From assembly GCA_963805595.1 (NCBI GenBank), contig CAWDUM010000003.1:112369-176368 (forward strand): a stretch of 64,000 nt of DNA, given 5' to 3'. The notes beneath the pieces are model-generated. The model saw only the letters and a program-made list of their open reading frames with translations. It was not told where the DNA came from and made no database searches. Source of the stretch: an uncultured Actinomycetota bacterium (GTDB lineage Bacteria; Actinomycetota; Acidimicrobiia; Acidimicrobiales; RAAP-2). Numbering within the stretch: the first letter of the stretch is position 1; the number at the start of each line of letters is the position of its first letter. Positions 47,976 through 57,564 of this stretch are shown here, one piece after another. Made by a program: the position numbers and the translations under genes.

Positions 47976-49655
47976 ATGGCCGCTCAGTTCATCTTCACCA
48001 TGCGAGACCTCCGCCGCTACTACCCGCCGGACCGCGAGGTGCTCAAGGGGATCAACCTCTCCTTCTACCCCGGCGCGAAGATCGGCGTGATCGGACCGAA
48101 CGGGTCGGGCAAGTCGTCACTGCTGCGGATCATGGCCGGGCTCGACGACGGCTTCACCGGGGAGGCCCGGCTCACCCCGGGGTTCAGCGTCGGCTACCTG
48201 CCCCAGGAGCCCACGCTCGACGCGACCAAGGACGTCGTGGGCAACGTCGCCGACGGCGTCGGCGAGCAGCGCGACCTGCTCATCCGCTTCAACGAGGTGT
48301 GCGCGGCGATGGCGGACCCCGAGGCGGACTTCGACGCGTTGCTGAGCGAGCAGTCCGACCTTCAGACGCGCATCGACGCCGCCAACGCGTGGGACCTCGA
48401 GCGCACGCTGGAGATCGCGATGGACGCCCTGCGACTCCCCCCGTCGGACGCCAACGTCTCGACCCTGTCGGGCGGCGAGCGCCGGCGCGTCGCCCTGTGC
48501 CGCCTGTTGCTGTCCAAGCCGGACCTGCTGCTGCTCGACGAGCCCACGAACCACCTCGACGCCGAGTCCGTGGCGTGGCTCGAGCGCGCCCTCCAGGACT
48601 ACGCCGGCACGGTCGTGGCCATCACCCACGACCGCTACTTCTTGGACAACGCCGCGTCGTGGATCCTTGAGCTCGACCGCGGCCGGGGCATCCCCTGGGA
48701 GGGCAACTACTCGTCGTGGCTCGAGCAGAAGCAGGCACGCCTGGCCGGCGAGGAGAAGGCCGACACCCGCCGACAGGCCGCGCTCCAGCGCGAGCTCGAC
48801 TGGATCCGGATGTCGCCGCGGGCGCGCCAGAGCAAGGGCAAGGCGCGCGTGACGGCGTTCAACGAGCTGGTGGCCGAGTCCGAAGCGGCCGAGCGCCGCG
48901 CCGACACCGTCGAGCTGGCGATCCCGCCGGGCCCGCGCCTGGGCGACCAGGTCGTCGAGGCCGCGCACCTGTCCAAGGGATTCGACGACCGGCTCTTGAT
49001 CGAGGACTTGTCATTCCTGCTGCCCCCCGGCGGGATCGTCGGGGTGATCGGGCCGAACGGGGCGGGCAAGACCACCCTGTTCAAGATGCTCACCGGAGCC
49101 GAGGCCCCCGACGGCGGGACCCTCGAGGTGGGCAGCACGGTCCGCTTCGCCTACGTGGACCAGTCCCGCGACGCGCTCGACGCGTCCGCCACTGTCTTCG
49201 ACGAGGTCAGCGGAGGAGTCGAGCGGATGGTCGTCGGCGGGCGTGAGGTCCACGCGAGGGCCTACGTCGCCAGCTTCGGCTTCAAGGGAACGGATCAGCA
49301 GAAGAAGGTCGGCGAGATCTCCGGGGGCGAGCGCAACCGGGTCCACCTGGCCAAGGTGCTGCGCTCGGGGGGCAACGTCCTGCTGCTCGACGAGCCGACC
49401 AACGACCTCGACGTCGACACGCTGCGGGCGCTGGAGGACGGGCTCATCTCGTTCCCGGGCTGCGCGGTGGTCATCAGCCACGACCGCTGGTTCTTGGACC
49501 GCATCGCGACCCACGTGCTGGCGTTCGAGGGCGACGCGCAGGTTCGATGGTTCGAGGGCAACTTCTCGGACTACGAGGTGGACCGTCACAAGCGCCTCGG
49601 GACCGACGCGGACCAACCGCACCGTCTGCGCTACAAGCCGCTCACGCGCTCCTAG
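47976..49655 (+). CDS. ettA: energy-dependent translational throttle protein EttA (ABC-F)
   Basis: [48 protein letters not shown]. Two NBDs and no TM domain. 559 aa. Confidence 0.9.
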   Translation: MAAQFIFTMRDLRRYYPPDREVLKGINLSFYPGAKIGVIGPNGSGKSSLLRIMAGLDDGFTGEARLTPGFSVGYLPQEPTLDATKDVVGNVADGVGEQRDLLIRFNEVCAAMADPEADFDALLSEQSDLQTRIDAANAWDLERTLEIAMDALRLPPSDANVSTLSGGERRRVALCRLLLSKPDLLLLDEPTNHLDAESVAWLERALQDYAGTVVAITHDRYFLDNAASWILELDRGRGIPWEGNYSSWLEQKQARLAGEEKADTRRQAALQRELDWIRMSPRARQSKGKARVTAFNELVAESEAAERRADTVELAIPPGPRLGDQVVEAAHLSKGFDDRLLIEDLSFLLPPGGIVGVIGPNGAGKTTLFKMLTGAEAPDGGTLEVGSTVRFAYVDQSRDALDASATVFDEVSGGVERMVVGGREVHARAYVASFGFKGTDQQKKVGEISGGERNRVHLAKVLRSGGNVLLLDEPTNDLDVDTLRALEDGLISFPGCAVVISHDRWFLDRIATHVLAFEGDAQVRWFEGNFSDYEVDRHKRLGTDADQPHRLRYKPLTRS

Positions 49656-49690
49656 GGCGCTTCGCGCCCACCTAGAGTCGGGGCGAGGAG

Positions 49691-50929
49691 GTGGCGGTGA
49701 CGACCCGGGACGACTGCGCGGCGCTCGATGTTTCCGACGCGCTCGCCTCGCTGCGCGGCGAGTTCTTCCTCGACGACCGCGTCGTCTACCTGGACGGCAA
49801 CTCGCTCGGCCCGCTGTCGCGCTCCTCGCGCGCCCGGGTCCTCGCGACCCTCGACGAGGAGTGGCGGCACGGCCTGGTGCGCAGCTGGAACGACGCGGAC
49901 TGGATGGACGCTCCGACGCGGATGGGCGACCGCCTCGCGCCGGTGATCGGGGCACGTCCCGGCGAGGTCCTCGTCGCCGACACGCTGACCTTCCTCTTGG
50001 CCAAGCTGATCGGCGCCGCACTCGAGCAGCGCGCGGAGCGCCACGTGGTGCTCACCGACGAGGCCAACTTCCACTCCGACCTCTACATCGTCGAGGCCGT
50101 CGCGGAGCGCGCGGGACGGCCGATCACGGTGCGGGCGCTCGACCGGGCCCACCTGCACGAGTCGCTGAGCGACGACGTCGCCCTGGTGATGCTCACGCAC
50201 GTGGACTTTCGCACCGGCGAGATGCTCGACATGGCCGGGATCACGCGCGCGGTCCACGACGCCGGCGCCCTGATGCTCTGGGACCTCGCCCATTCGGCCG
50301 GCGCGGTCCCGGTCGACCTGACCGAAGCGGACGCGGACTTCGCGGCGGGCTGCGGCTACAAGTACCTCAACGGAGGGCCGGGGTCGCCCGCGTTCCTCTA
50401 CGTCCGCGACCGCTGGCAGGGCGTCGTGCGCAATCCGCTGCCGGGGTGGCTCGGCCACGCCCGGCCCTTCGACTTCGAGGCCGGCTTCGTGCCCGCGCCG
50501 GGGGTCCGCTCCTTCGTCACCTCCTCACCGTCGATCATCGCCCTGGCCGCGCTCGACGGGGCGCTCGACGTGTGGGGGAGCGTCACCATGGACCAGGTGC
50601 GTGCCAAGAGCCTCGCGCTGACCGACCTGTTCATCGCCCTGGTCGAGGAGCGCCTGGCCGGCGTGTTCGAGCTGGCCACGCCGCGCGATCACGCGCGCCG
50701 CGGCAGCCAGGTCTCGCTGCGCCACGCCGAGGGCTACGCGGTGGTCCAGGCGCTGATCGAGCGCGGGGTCATCGGGGACTTCCGCGAGCCGGACATCTGC
50801 CGGTTCGGCTTCACGCCGCTCTACCTGCGCTTCGTCGACGTCTACGACGCGGTGGACCGATTGTTCGAGGTCATGGAGTCGGGCGCGTTCCGCGCCGAGC
50901 GCTTCGCGGTGAGGAACGCGGTCACCTGA
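49691..50929 (+). CDS. kynU: kynureninase
   Basis: YLDGNSLGP, WDLAHSAGAVPVDL, PLP-Lys context DFAAGCGYKYLNGGPGSPAF. Confidence 0.85.
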   Translation: MAVTTRDDCAALDVSDALASLRGEFFLDDRVVYLDGNSLGPLSRSSRARVLATLDEEWRHGLVRSWNDADWMDAPTRMGDRLAPVIGARPGEVLVADTLTFLLAKLIGAALEQRAERHVVLTDEANFHSDLYIVEAVAERAGRPITVRALDRAHLHESLSDDVALVMLTHVDFRTGEMLDMAGITRAVHDAGALMLWDLAHSAGAVPVDLTEADADFAAGCGYKYLNGGPGSPAFLYVRDRWQGVVRNPLPGWLGHARPFDFEAGFVPAPGVRSFVTSSPSIIALAALDGALDVWGSVTMDQVRAKSLALTDLFIALVEERLAGVFELATPRDHARRGSQVSLRHAEGYAVVQALIERGVIGDFREPDICRFGFTPLYLRFVDVYDAVDRLFEVMESGAFRAERFAVRNAVT

Positions 50930-50933
50930 GGGT

Positions 50934-51788
50934 TCAGGGCTTGTAGGAGTAGAACCCCTGTCCGGACTTGCGACCGAGCAGCCCGGCCTGGGTCATGCGC
51001 GACAGGAGCGGCGGCGGCGCGAGGTGGGGCTCCTTGAACTCCTCGTAGAGGGACTCGGCGACCGCGAGCGTCGTGTCCAGGCCGATCAGGTCGGTCAGCG
51101 CGAGTGGCCCCAGCGGGTGGGCGCAGCCGACGACCATCCCCGTGTCGATGTCCTCGGCGCTGGCGAACCCCGACTCGAGCATGCGCACGGCCGACAAGAG
51201 GTAGGGGATCAGCAGCGCGTTGACGACGAAGCCCGCGCGGTCCGGCGACGTGATGACCTTCTTCTTGAGGGCGCCGCCGGCGTAGTCGCGCACCCGCGCG
51301 GTGGTCTCGGGGCTCGTGAGCAGCGAGGAGATGACCTCGACGAGGCGCAGCACCGGGACCGGGTTGAAGAAGTGCATGCCGATGACCTGCTGGGGCCGCG
51401 ACGTGGCCATCGCCAGCTTGATGATCGGGATCGACGACGTGTTGGTCGCCAGGACCGCGTCGTGGTCCGTGACCACCTGGTCGAGGGTGGAAAAGACCTC
51501 GGTCTTGAGCGCCTCGTCCTCGGCGACCGCCTCGATCACGATCTCGCGGTCGGCCAGGCGGCTGAAGTCGGTGGAGTAGGACAGGTTCGCCCGGGCCTGA
51601 CTGGCCTCCTCCTCGGGGACCTTGCCCCCGGCCACGGCCCGCGACAGCGACTTCTCGACGCGCGCCTGCCCGGCGGCGACGGCGTCGCGGTCGCGCTCGA
51701 TGACGACCACGTCGGCCCCCGCGCGCGCCGCGATCTCGGCGATGCCCGAGCCCATCAGGCCGCAGCCCACCACACCCACTCGCTCCAC
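50934..51788 (-). CDS. 3-hydroxyacyl-CoA / 3-hydroxybutyryl-CoA dehydrogenase
   Basis: VGVVGCGLMGSGIA Rossmann motif, NTSS, HFFNPVP. GTG 51788 lies 5 nt after AAGGAGG. The ORF extension to 51869 is unlikely to be translated. Confidence 0.85.
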   Translation of the reverse strand: MERVGVVGCGLMGSGIAEIAARAGADVVVIERDRDAVAAGQARVEKSLSRAVAGGKVPEEEASQARANLSYSTDFSRLADREIVIEAVAEDEALKTEVFSTLDQVVTDHDAVLATNTSSIPIIKLAMATSRPQQVIGMHFFNPVPVLRLVEVISSLLTSPETTARVRDYAGGALKKKVITSPDRAGFVVNALLIPYLLSAVRMLESGFASAEDIDTGMVVGCAHPLGPLALTDLIGLDTTLAVAESLYEEFKEPHLAPPPLLSRMTQAGLLGRKSGQGFYSYKP

Positions 51789-51916
51789 GGGAACCTCCTT
51801 GTCCGGCGCGCGTCGCGCTTCGAGTGTAGGGCGGCCCCCGGCCGCCACCCCGGCGTCGGTCGCTACCATTGGGGAACGTCGCGTCGCGACGCTGGACGGA
51901 AAGGGGCTTCCGGCTC

Positions 51917-52399
51917 ATGGACACCGTGAATGTGATCATCGAGATCCCCCGTGACAGCCACAACAAGTACGAGTACGACCACGAGAACCACACGATCAAG
52001 CTCGACCGGCACCTGATCGTCTCGATGGGCTACCCGGCCGAGTACGGGTTCATCCCCGACACGCTGGGCGGTGACGGCGACCCGCTGGACGCGCTGGTCC
52101 TGACCGAGTACCCGACGTTCCCGGGCTGCCTTATCGAGGCGCGCATCGTCGGAATGTGCATCATGACCGACGAGAACGGCGAGGACGCCAAGCTCCTCGG
52201 CGTGCCGGCCTACGACCCGCAGTGGCGCTCGGCGACCGACATCGGCGACGTCCCCAAGGCCGTCCTGGACCGCATCGCGCACTTCTTCACCGTCTACAAG
52301 GACCTCGACGAGGGCAAGTGGGTCAAGGTCGAGCACTGGGTCGGGCGCGACGACGCGCTCAAGGAGCTCGCGGCGTCGCGAGCGAGGTTCCCGGGCTGA
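51917..52399 (+). CDS. ppa: inorganic pyrophosphatase (family I)
   Basis: IEIPRDSHNKYEYD, YGFIPDTLGGDGDPLDALVL. Confidence 0.9.
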   Translation: MDTVNVIIEIPRDSHNKYEYDHENHTIKLDRHLIVSMGYPAEYGFIPDTLGGDGDPLDALVLTEYPTFPGCLIEARIVGMCIMTDENGEDAKLLGVPAYDPQWRSATDIGDVPKAVLDRIAHFFTVYKDLDEGKWVKVEHWVGRDDALKELAASRARFPG

Positions 52400-52401
52400 C
52401 G

Positions 52402-53007
52402 GTGGAAGAGCAGCTGACCTCTGCTCTCAAGGAGGCGGTCAGCACCCAGTCCCAGCGCGCCCGCCAGGCCCTGTGGATCTCCCAGTCGGTCTTCTTCGTC
52501 GCGCTGGCGCTGTGCCTGGCGATCTACCACGGTCACGTCGCCGACACCGACGGCATCTCGTACTATGGCGTCTACCCGCCGACCATGCCGCTGCTCTTCG
52601 CGGGCTACCTGACCGCCGCGGGGGGCCTGTGGTGGTCGTCGAACCTCCTCATCGGGGCGCGCGCGCCGCTGCTGATGCGGCCGGCGTTGCGCGTCCTCGC
52701 GGTCGGGCTCGTCGTCCTGCTCGTCACCCCCTACGACCAGGGGGCGTTCCTCAACTGGGCCCACATGATCACCGGCGTCACGATGGCGCTCGTCCAGATC
52801 GGCCTGGCGCTGGCGCTGGCGCTGCGCCGGGCGACCCCCAGGACGATCGGCGCCTTCGTCGTGCTCGTGACGGGGGGCGTGCTGGGCGCCCTGTCGCTCC
52901 CCGACTGGCACATCGCGCTGCTGCTCCAGGGCGAGATCCTCATCGAGCTGGGATTCGCCTGGAGCCTCATCGAGTGGACGTACGCCCTGGGGGCGCGTCC
53001 GCGCTAG
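52402..53007 (+). CDS. hypothetical integral membrane protein
   Basis: Five to six hydrophobic segments and GC-rich third positions. GTG begins 2 nt after the ppa stop. No family recognised. Confidence 0.5.
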   Translation: MEEQLTSALKEAVSTQSQRARQALWISQSVFFVALALCLAIYHGHVADTDGISYYGVYPPTMPLLFAGYLTAAGGLWWSSNLLIGARAPLLMRPALRVLAVGLVVLLVTPYDQGAFLNWAHMITGVTMALVQIGLALALALRRATPRTIGAFVVLVTGGVLGALSLPDWHIALLLQGEILIELGFAWSLIEWTYALGARPR

Positions 53008-53612
53008 GCGCGCGCGCCGCCGTCGCCCGAGCGCACGACGGCGTCGGCCAGTATCTGCAGGGCGCCGAGCCAGTCCTCGCTCCCGATCGACAGGGCGTGC
53101 TCGCCCTCCAGGGCGATTTGCCCGAAGAAGAGCGCGTACCAGATCCTCGCGAACGCGACGCCCGTGATCCCCGGGGCGAGGAGCCCCTTGTCCTCGAGCG
53201 GCTTGACCCAGGTGAGGATCTGGTCGCTGGCCTCGCGCTTGGCGTCGTCGATCCCGCTCGACGCCCGGGGGTTGTGCTCGGCGAAGGAGATGCTCTCGAT
53301 GCGCAGCAGCCGCGCCCGGTTCAGCTCCGGGGCCTGGGCGTCGACGATCATCTGGTGGAGCGCCGCGCGCAGCTCCGCGGGCGTGTCGATCCCGCGCAGG
53401 GGGGTGGTGAAGATGTCGGCCTGGCCCAGGAGGACCTGGCGGAAGCGGTGGACGATCGTGGCCGCGATCAGGTCCTCGCGATCCTGGAAGTAGCTGTAGA
53501 GCAGGGCCACGGAGATCCCGGCCTCGGCGGAGACCCGCTTGACCCGGAACTGGGTCAGCCCGTAGCGCTCAATCTCCGCCGCCGCGGCGTCGAGGATCCG
53601 GTCGCGCGTCAT
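53004..53612 (-). CDS. TetR-family transcriptional regulator
   Basis: MTRDRILDAAAAEIERYGLTQFRVKRVSAEAGISVALLYSYFQDREDLI HTH. Last gene of the hydrolase-E2-TetR minus-strand unit. Confidence 0.85.
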   Translation of the reverse strand: MTRDRILDAAAAEIERYGLTQFRVKRVSAEAGISVALLYSYFQDREDLIAATIVHRFRQVLLGQADIFTTPLRGIDTPAELRAALHQMIVDAQAPELNRARLLRIESISFAEHNPRASSGIDDAKREASDQILTWVKPLEDKGLLAPGITGVAFARIWYALFFGQIALEGEHALSIGSEDWLGALQILADAVVRSGDGGARA

Positions 53613-53635
53613 GGGCGAAGAATACCCCTGTCACT

Positions 53636-54979
53636 TCAGGCATTTATCTGCGCGCCGCCGAGCTCGCCGAGCCAGTCGCGCGTCGCGAGGATCTCGCTCA
53701 CGCGGGCCAGGAATCGGGCGGCGTACGCGCCGTCGAGCGCGCGGTGGTCGAACGTCAGGGCGAGCAGGCCCATCGAGTGGATGCCGACGGACTCGCGACC
53801 CTGGGCGTCGGTCAGGACCACGGGGCGCCGGGTCACCGCGTCGGTCGAGAGGATGGCCACCTGGGGCTGATTGATGATCGCCCCGGTCATCAGGGTGCCG
53901 AAGGGCCCCGGGTTCGTGATCGTGAACGTCCCGCCGGTGAGGTCGTCCACCGTGAGCCTCTTGTCGCGGGCCCGGGTGGCGACGTCGCGCACCGCCAGGG
54001 CGAGCTCGCGCAGGCCCAGCCGACCGGCCCCGTGGATCACCGGCGCGACCAGCCCGTCCTCGTCCAGGTCGACCGCGATGGCCAGGTTGACCGTGCGGTG
54101 CACGACGAGGGCGTCATCGCCGACGGACGCGTTGAGGTGGGGGAAGTCGCGCAGGGCCTCGACGGCCGCCGCGGCGTTGAACGCGAGGTAGGTGAGCGAG
54201 AACCCCTCGTCGGCCTTGAACGCCGCCCCGGCGGACCGCCGGGCCGACTCGACGTTCTCGTAGTCGACCTCTCGAACCATCAGCGTGTGGGCCGACGTGG
54301 CCTTGGAACGCACCATGTGCTCGGCGGTGGCCCGGCGGATGCGCGAGAAGGGCACGACGACGTCGTTCCCCCCGACGGCGATGGCGTCTTCGACGTCGCG
54401 CCGCGTGAGCCGCCCGTTCGCCCCGCTGGCGTGGATCGTCGACGGATCCAGGCCGTGCTCGCTGATGAGGCGGCGCACGACGGGCGACTGGGGACCCGGG
54501 GTCGACGTCGAGGGGGAGGTGAGCCCGGCGACGTGGGCCAGTACGTCGTCGCGGGTGATCCGACCCTGGGGCCCGGTGCCCGTGACCTGGGACGCGTCGA
54601 CCCCGTGCTCGGCGAGGAGACGTCGCACCACCGGCGACAGCTGGCGCTCGTCGTCGCGCTGTGCGACGTCCGCGCGCGGCGTCGCGGGCGCGCGTGCGGG
54701 CACCGGCGCGGCCGCCGTGGCCGCGGCCTCGGGCGCGGGCGCGTCGTCGTCCCCGATGACGGCGAGCACCGTGCCCACGTCCACGGTCGCCCCCTCCTCG
54801 ACGAGGATCGCCGTCAGCACGCCGTCGAGCGGCGCGGGGATCTCGGTGTCGACCTTGTCGGTCGAGACCTCGAACAGCGGCTCTCCCTTGGTCAGCACGT
54901 CGCCGACCCTCTTGAACCACTTGGTGACGGTGCCGTCCGCGACGGTCTCGCCGAGCTGGGGCATGGTGACGTTAGCCAC
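53636..54979 (-). CDS. dihydrolipoamide acyltransferase (E2 of a 2-oxoacid/acetoin-type dehydrogenase complex)
   Basis: Lipoyl domain (EVSTDKVDTEIPAP). Two E3/E1-binding (PSBD) segments (SPVVRRLLAEHGVDASQVTGTGPQGRITRDDV and SPVVRRLISEHGLDPSTIHASGANGRLTRRDV). Catalytic DHRALDG. Confidence 0.9.
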   Translation of the reverse strand: MANVTMPQLGETVADGTVTKWFKRVGDVLTKGEPLFEVSTDKVDTEIPAPLDGVLTAILVEEGATVDVGTVLAVIGDDDAPAPEAAATAAAPVPARAPATPRADVAQRDDERQLSPVVRRLLAEHGVDASQVTGTGPQGRITRDDVLAHVAGLTSPSTSTPGPQSPVVRRLISEHGLDPSTIHASGANGRLTRRDVEDAIAVGGNDVVVPFSRIRRATAEHMVRSKATSAHTLMVREVDYENVESARRSAGAAFKADEGFSLTYLAFNAAAAVEALRDFPHLNASVGDDALVVHRTVNLAIAVDLDEDGLVAPVIHGAGRLGLRELALAVRDVATRARDKRLTVDDLTGGTFTITNPGPFGTLMTGAIINQPQVAILSTDAVTRRPVVLTDAQGRESVGIHSMGLLALTFDHRALDGAYAARFLARVSEILATRDWLGELGGAQINA

Positions 54980-55000
54980 GCAGGTGGTTCTCCCTCGTCA

Positions 55001-56077
55001 TCAGCCCGGCTCGCCCTGGACGTGCAGGAGGTCGGCGATCCAGTCCGCGCCGTAGGGCCGGTGCTGGGGTATGACGTTGGCGCAGCCGTGATTGCCGTCG
55101 TCGATCACGAGTAGCTCGCTCGCCCCCTGGGCCTCGTCGGCGAGTCGGGCCGCGTCCTGCCACGGGAAGAGCCTGTCGAGGCGACCCGCGATCACCAGCA
55201 GGGGCGTGCGTATGCGCTCGGCGAATCCCGCCAGGGTGACGTCCGCGGCGCGCCGCTGCGCGGCGTCGGGCGACGACGACTTCGATCGGACCGTGAACGC
55301 CTCTCGGGTCAGTGGGTTCAGCTTCGGCCATACGTCGCCCATGTCGTAGGGGGGGCACAGCGCGACGGTCGCGCGAACCGGGAGGTCCGACGCCGCGAGC
55401 CGCGCGGCGTAGAGCCCGCCCAGGCTGACGCCCCACACCGCGATGCGTTCCGCGTCGACGTCGTCGTTGCGCGCGAGGGCGTCGAAGACCGCGCGGCCCA
55501 CGAGGTCCCACTCCGGTCGTATCGCGAGCGCCTCCTCGGCCTCGCCCTGCCCGGGTCCGTCCATGGCGAACGTCGCCATGTTGCGGTCCAGGAACGCACG
55601 CTCGACGTCGCGGAACTCCTCCTTGGTCGAGTCGAGCCCGGGTATCAGGATGACCGTCGGGTGAGGACCCTCGCCCCGGGGAACGCGCAGGACGCCGACG
55701 AGCTGTGCGCCGTCGAACGCGATCTCGACGCGCCGCCCGGGAGGGTTCAGCCGGGGGAGAGCCTGGGTCAGCGCAGCGACGGAGCTGGCGTGCGCCGCGC
55801 GGGCCTCGTCACGGTCGACGAAGAAGAGGAACTTCGCGAAGTGGTAGTAGGTCGCGGCGCGCGCGAAGAACTCGCCGGCGCTGGTTCGGTGTCCCGCCGC
55901 CAGCGCGGCGTGGGCGAGCTCGACATAGTCGTCGGCGCGCGCGCTCCACGCGGAGCACCAGTCGTCCCACGCGAGGATCGAGGACGTCAGGCGCTGGTAG
56001 TCACTGGCGTCCACCCCGTTCGCCGTGAAGCGGGGTCCCCAGTTGGCGATCGCGGTGTCCAAGAGGTTGTCGGCCAT
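55001..56077 (-). CDS. alpha/beta hydrolase (FrsA / 2,6-dihydropseudooxynicotine-hydrolase-like fold)
   Basis: Nucleophile elbow GVSLGG. N-terminal helical region ANWGPRFTANGVD...YYHFAKFLF resembles C-C hydrolase-type members as I recall them. ATG 56077 is preceded by GGGAGA. Confidence 0.7.
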   Translation of the reverse strand: MADNLLDTAIANWGPRFTANGVDASDYQRLTSSILAWDDWCSAWSARADDYVELAHAALAAGHRTSAGEFFARAATYYHFAKFLFFVDRDEARAAHASSVAALTQALPRLNPPGRRVEIAFDGAQLVGVLRVPRGEGPHPTVILIPGLDSTKEEFRDVERAFLDRNMATFAMDGPGQGEAEEALAIRPEWDLVGRAVFDALARNDDVDAERIAVWGVSLGGLYAARLAASDLPVRATVALCPPYDMGDVWPKLNPLTREAFTVRSKSSSPDAAQRRAADVTLAGFAERIRTPLLVIAGRLDRLFPWQDAARLADEAQGASELLVIDDGNHGCANVIPQHRPYGADWIADLLHVQGEPG

Positions 56078-56193
56078 CGTCTCCCGTCGGGGTTGAATTG
56101 TTGCTGATGGTAACGGAGAAATTAGTTCCGAGTGCATTCGCGGTAACTTGAAAAGTTTTAACGGGGAATCGCCTCATTTTGAGTGCCCTGCGC

Positions 56194-56222
56194 TTGACGC
56201 TTTATGGCGCCGTCGTTATGGT
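56194..56222 (+). promoter_or_regulatory. sigma-70-type promoter candidate for the Liv-type operon
   Basis: TTGACG, then a 17-nt spacer (counted), then TATGGT, in the A/T-richer 227-bp divergent intergenic region. Confidence 0.5.
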
Positions 56223-56228
56223 TGCCGC

Positions 56229-56245
56229 ATCACTCACCGAGTGAT
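56229..56245. promoter_or_regulatory. candidate operator palindrome at the predicted transcription start
   Basis: Perfect 6-5-6 inverted repeat ATCACT-CACCG-AGTGAT starting 7 nt after the -10 hexamer. Confidence 0.45.
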
Positions 56246-56304
56246 CGACTCTGGGACTACGAAGTTGGGGGTGCGTCAGGGTTGCTCTATTGCAGGGGGA
56301 AACA

Positions 56305-57561
56305 ATGAACAGAAAAGGGAAACTTTTTCGCATGCTCGCCGTCGGCTCGGTCGCGGCGTCGTCGGCGATGATCGCCGTATCTACGAGCGGGGCCGCCACC
56401 GGGTCGATTGCCAAGGGTCAACCCGTCAAGATCGGAATCTCGCTCTCACTTTCCGGTGACTTCTCCGCCGATGGCATCGCGTTCCAGCAGGGGTACAAGC
56501 TCTGGGCGGCCGACGTCAACAAGGCGGGGGGTTTGCTCGGGCACAAGGTGTCCCTGGACATCGTCTCGGACGCGTCGAGCCCGACCCAGGTGGTGACCAA
56601 CTACCAGAAGCTGATCTCCTCGGACCACGTCAACCTGACCTTCGGACCGTTCTCGTCGCTGCTCACGCTGCCCGCGGCGCGCGCGGTCGAGCGCTACGGC
56701 TACGCCATGGTCGAAGGGGCCGGTGGCGCGCCGTCGGTCTTCTCGGCCAAGCTCCCGAACGTCTTTGACGTGGCGCTGCCCGTCGCCAACTCGCTGGTGC
56801 CCTTCGCGAACTGGATCTCCTCGCTTCCCAAGGCGCAGCGTCCCACGACGGTCGCCTTCGCGACGTCCGACGACCCCTTCACCCAGCCGCAGATCCCCGT
56901 CGCCCAGAAGATCATGAAGGCCGCCGGCATCAAGACCGTCTACAGCCACGTCTTCGCCGCTGAGACGACCGACTACACGCCGATCGCCGACGCCGTTGCC
57001 GCGGCCAAGGCCCAGGTCGTCGTGCTCGGCTCGGTCGACGTCCCGACGGTGTCGGCCTTCATGCAGGCCTTCGAGCAGGCGCACTACAGCCCGAAGGCCT
57101 TCATCGCGACCGCCGGCCCCGACCAGGGTGCCGCGTTCGTCAAGGCCGTCGGCGCCGCCAACACCGACGGTGTGATGGTGCCCAACTCGTGGTACGGACT
57201 CGCCGCGAACCCGCAGAGCCAGGCCATGGTGGCTGAGTACATCAAGGACTACGGCGGCACGGCCGCGGGGGTCAACGCCGACGTGGCCGAGGCCTACGCG
57301 GTCGGCCAGGTCGTGGCCGACGCCGTCAAGGCGACGGGCGGCTTCGACAACGCGAAGATCATCCACTACCTGCACTCGGGCGTCGTCATGACGACCGTGC
57401 TCGGCAAGACCAAGTTCGACTCCCTGGGCGAGAACCCGTACATGACGGCGTACACGTTCCAGTGGCAGGGCACCAAGGGCACGTCGTTCGTCCAGGTGAA
57501 CCCGCTCGGCGACAAGAACACGGTCAAGATCGAGTACCCGAAGCCCGCCTGGGGCAAGTAG
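56305..57561 (+). CDS. HAAT-family (LivJ/LivK-like) ABC transporter substrate-binding protein
   Basis: Signal peptide MNRKGKLFRMLAVGSVAASSAMIAVSTSGA, then IKIGISLSLSGDFSADGIAFQQGYKLWA, typical of type-1 PBPs of the branched-chain amino-acid family. Confidence 0.85.
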   Translation: MNRKGKLFRMLAVGSVAASSAMIAVSTSGAATGSIAKGQPVKIGISLSLSGDFSADGIAFQQGYKLWAADVNKAGGLLGHKVSLDIVSDASSPTQVVTNYQKLISSDHVNLTFGPFSSLLTLPAARAVERYGYAMVEGAGGAPSVFSAKLPNVFDVALPVANSLVPFANWISSLPKAQRPTTVAFATSDDPFTQPQIPVAQKIMKAAGIKTVYSHVFAAETTDYTPIADAVAAAKAQVVVLGSVDVPTVSAFMQAFEQAHYSPKAFIATAGPDQGAAFVKAVGAANTDGVMVPNSWYGLAANPQSQAMVAEYIKDYGGTAAGVNADVAEAYAVGQVVADAVKATGGFDNAKIIHYLHSGVVMTTVLGKTKFDSLGENPYMTAYTFQWQGTKGTSFVQVNPLGDKNTVKIEYPKPAWGK

Positions 57562-57564
57562 TCC

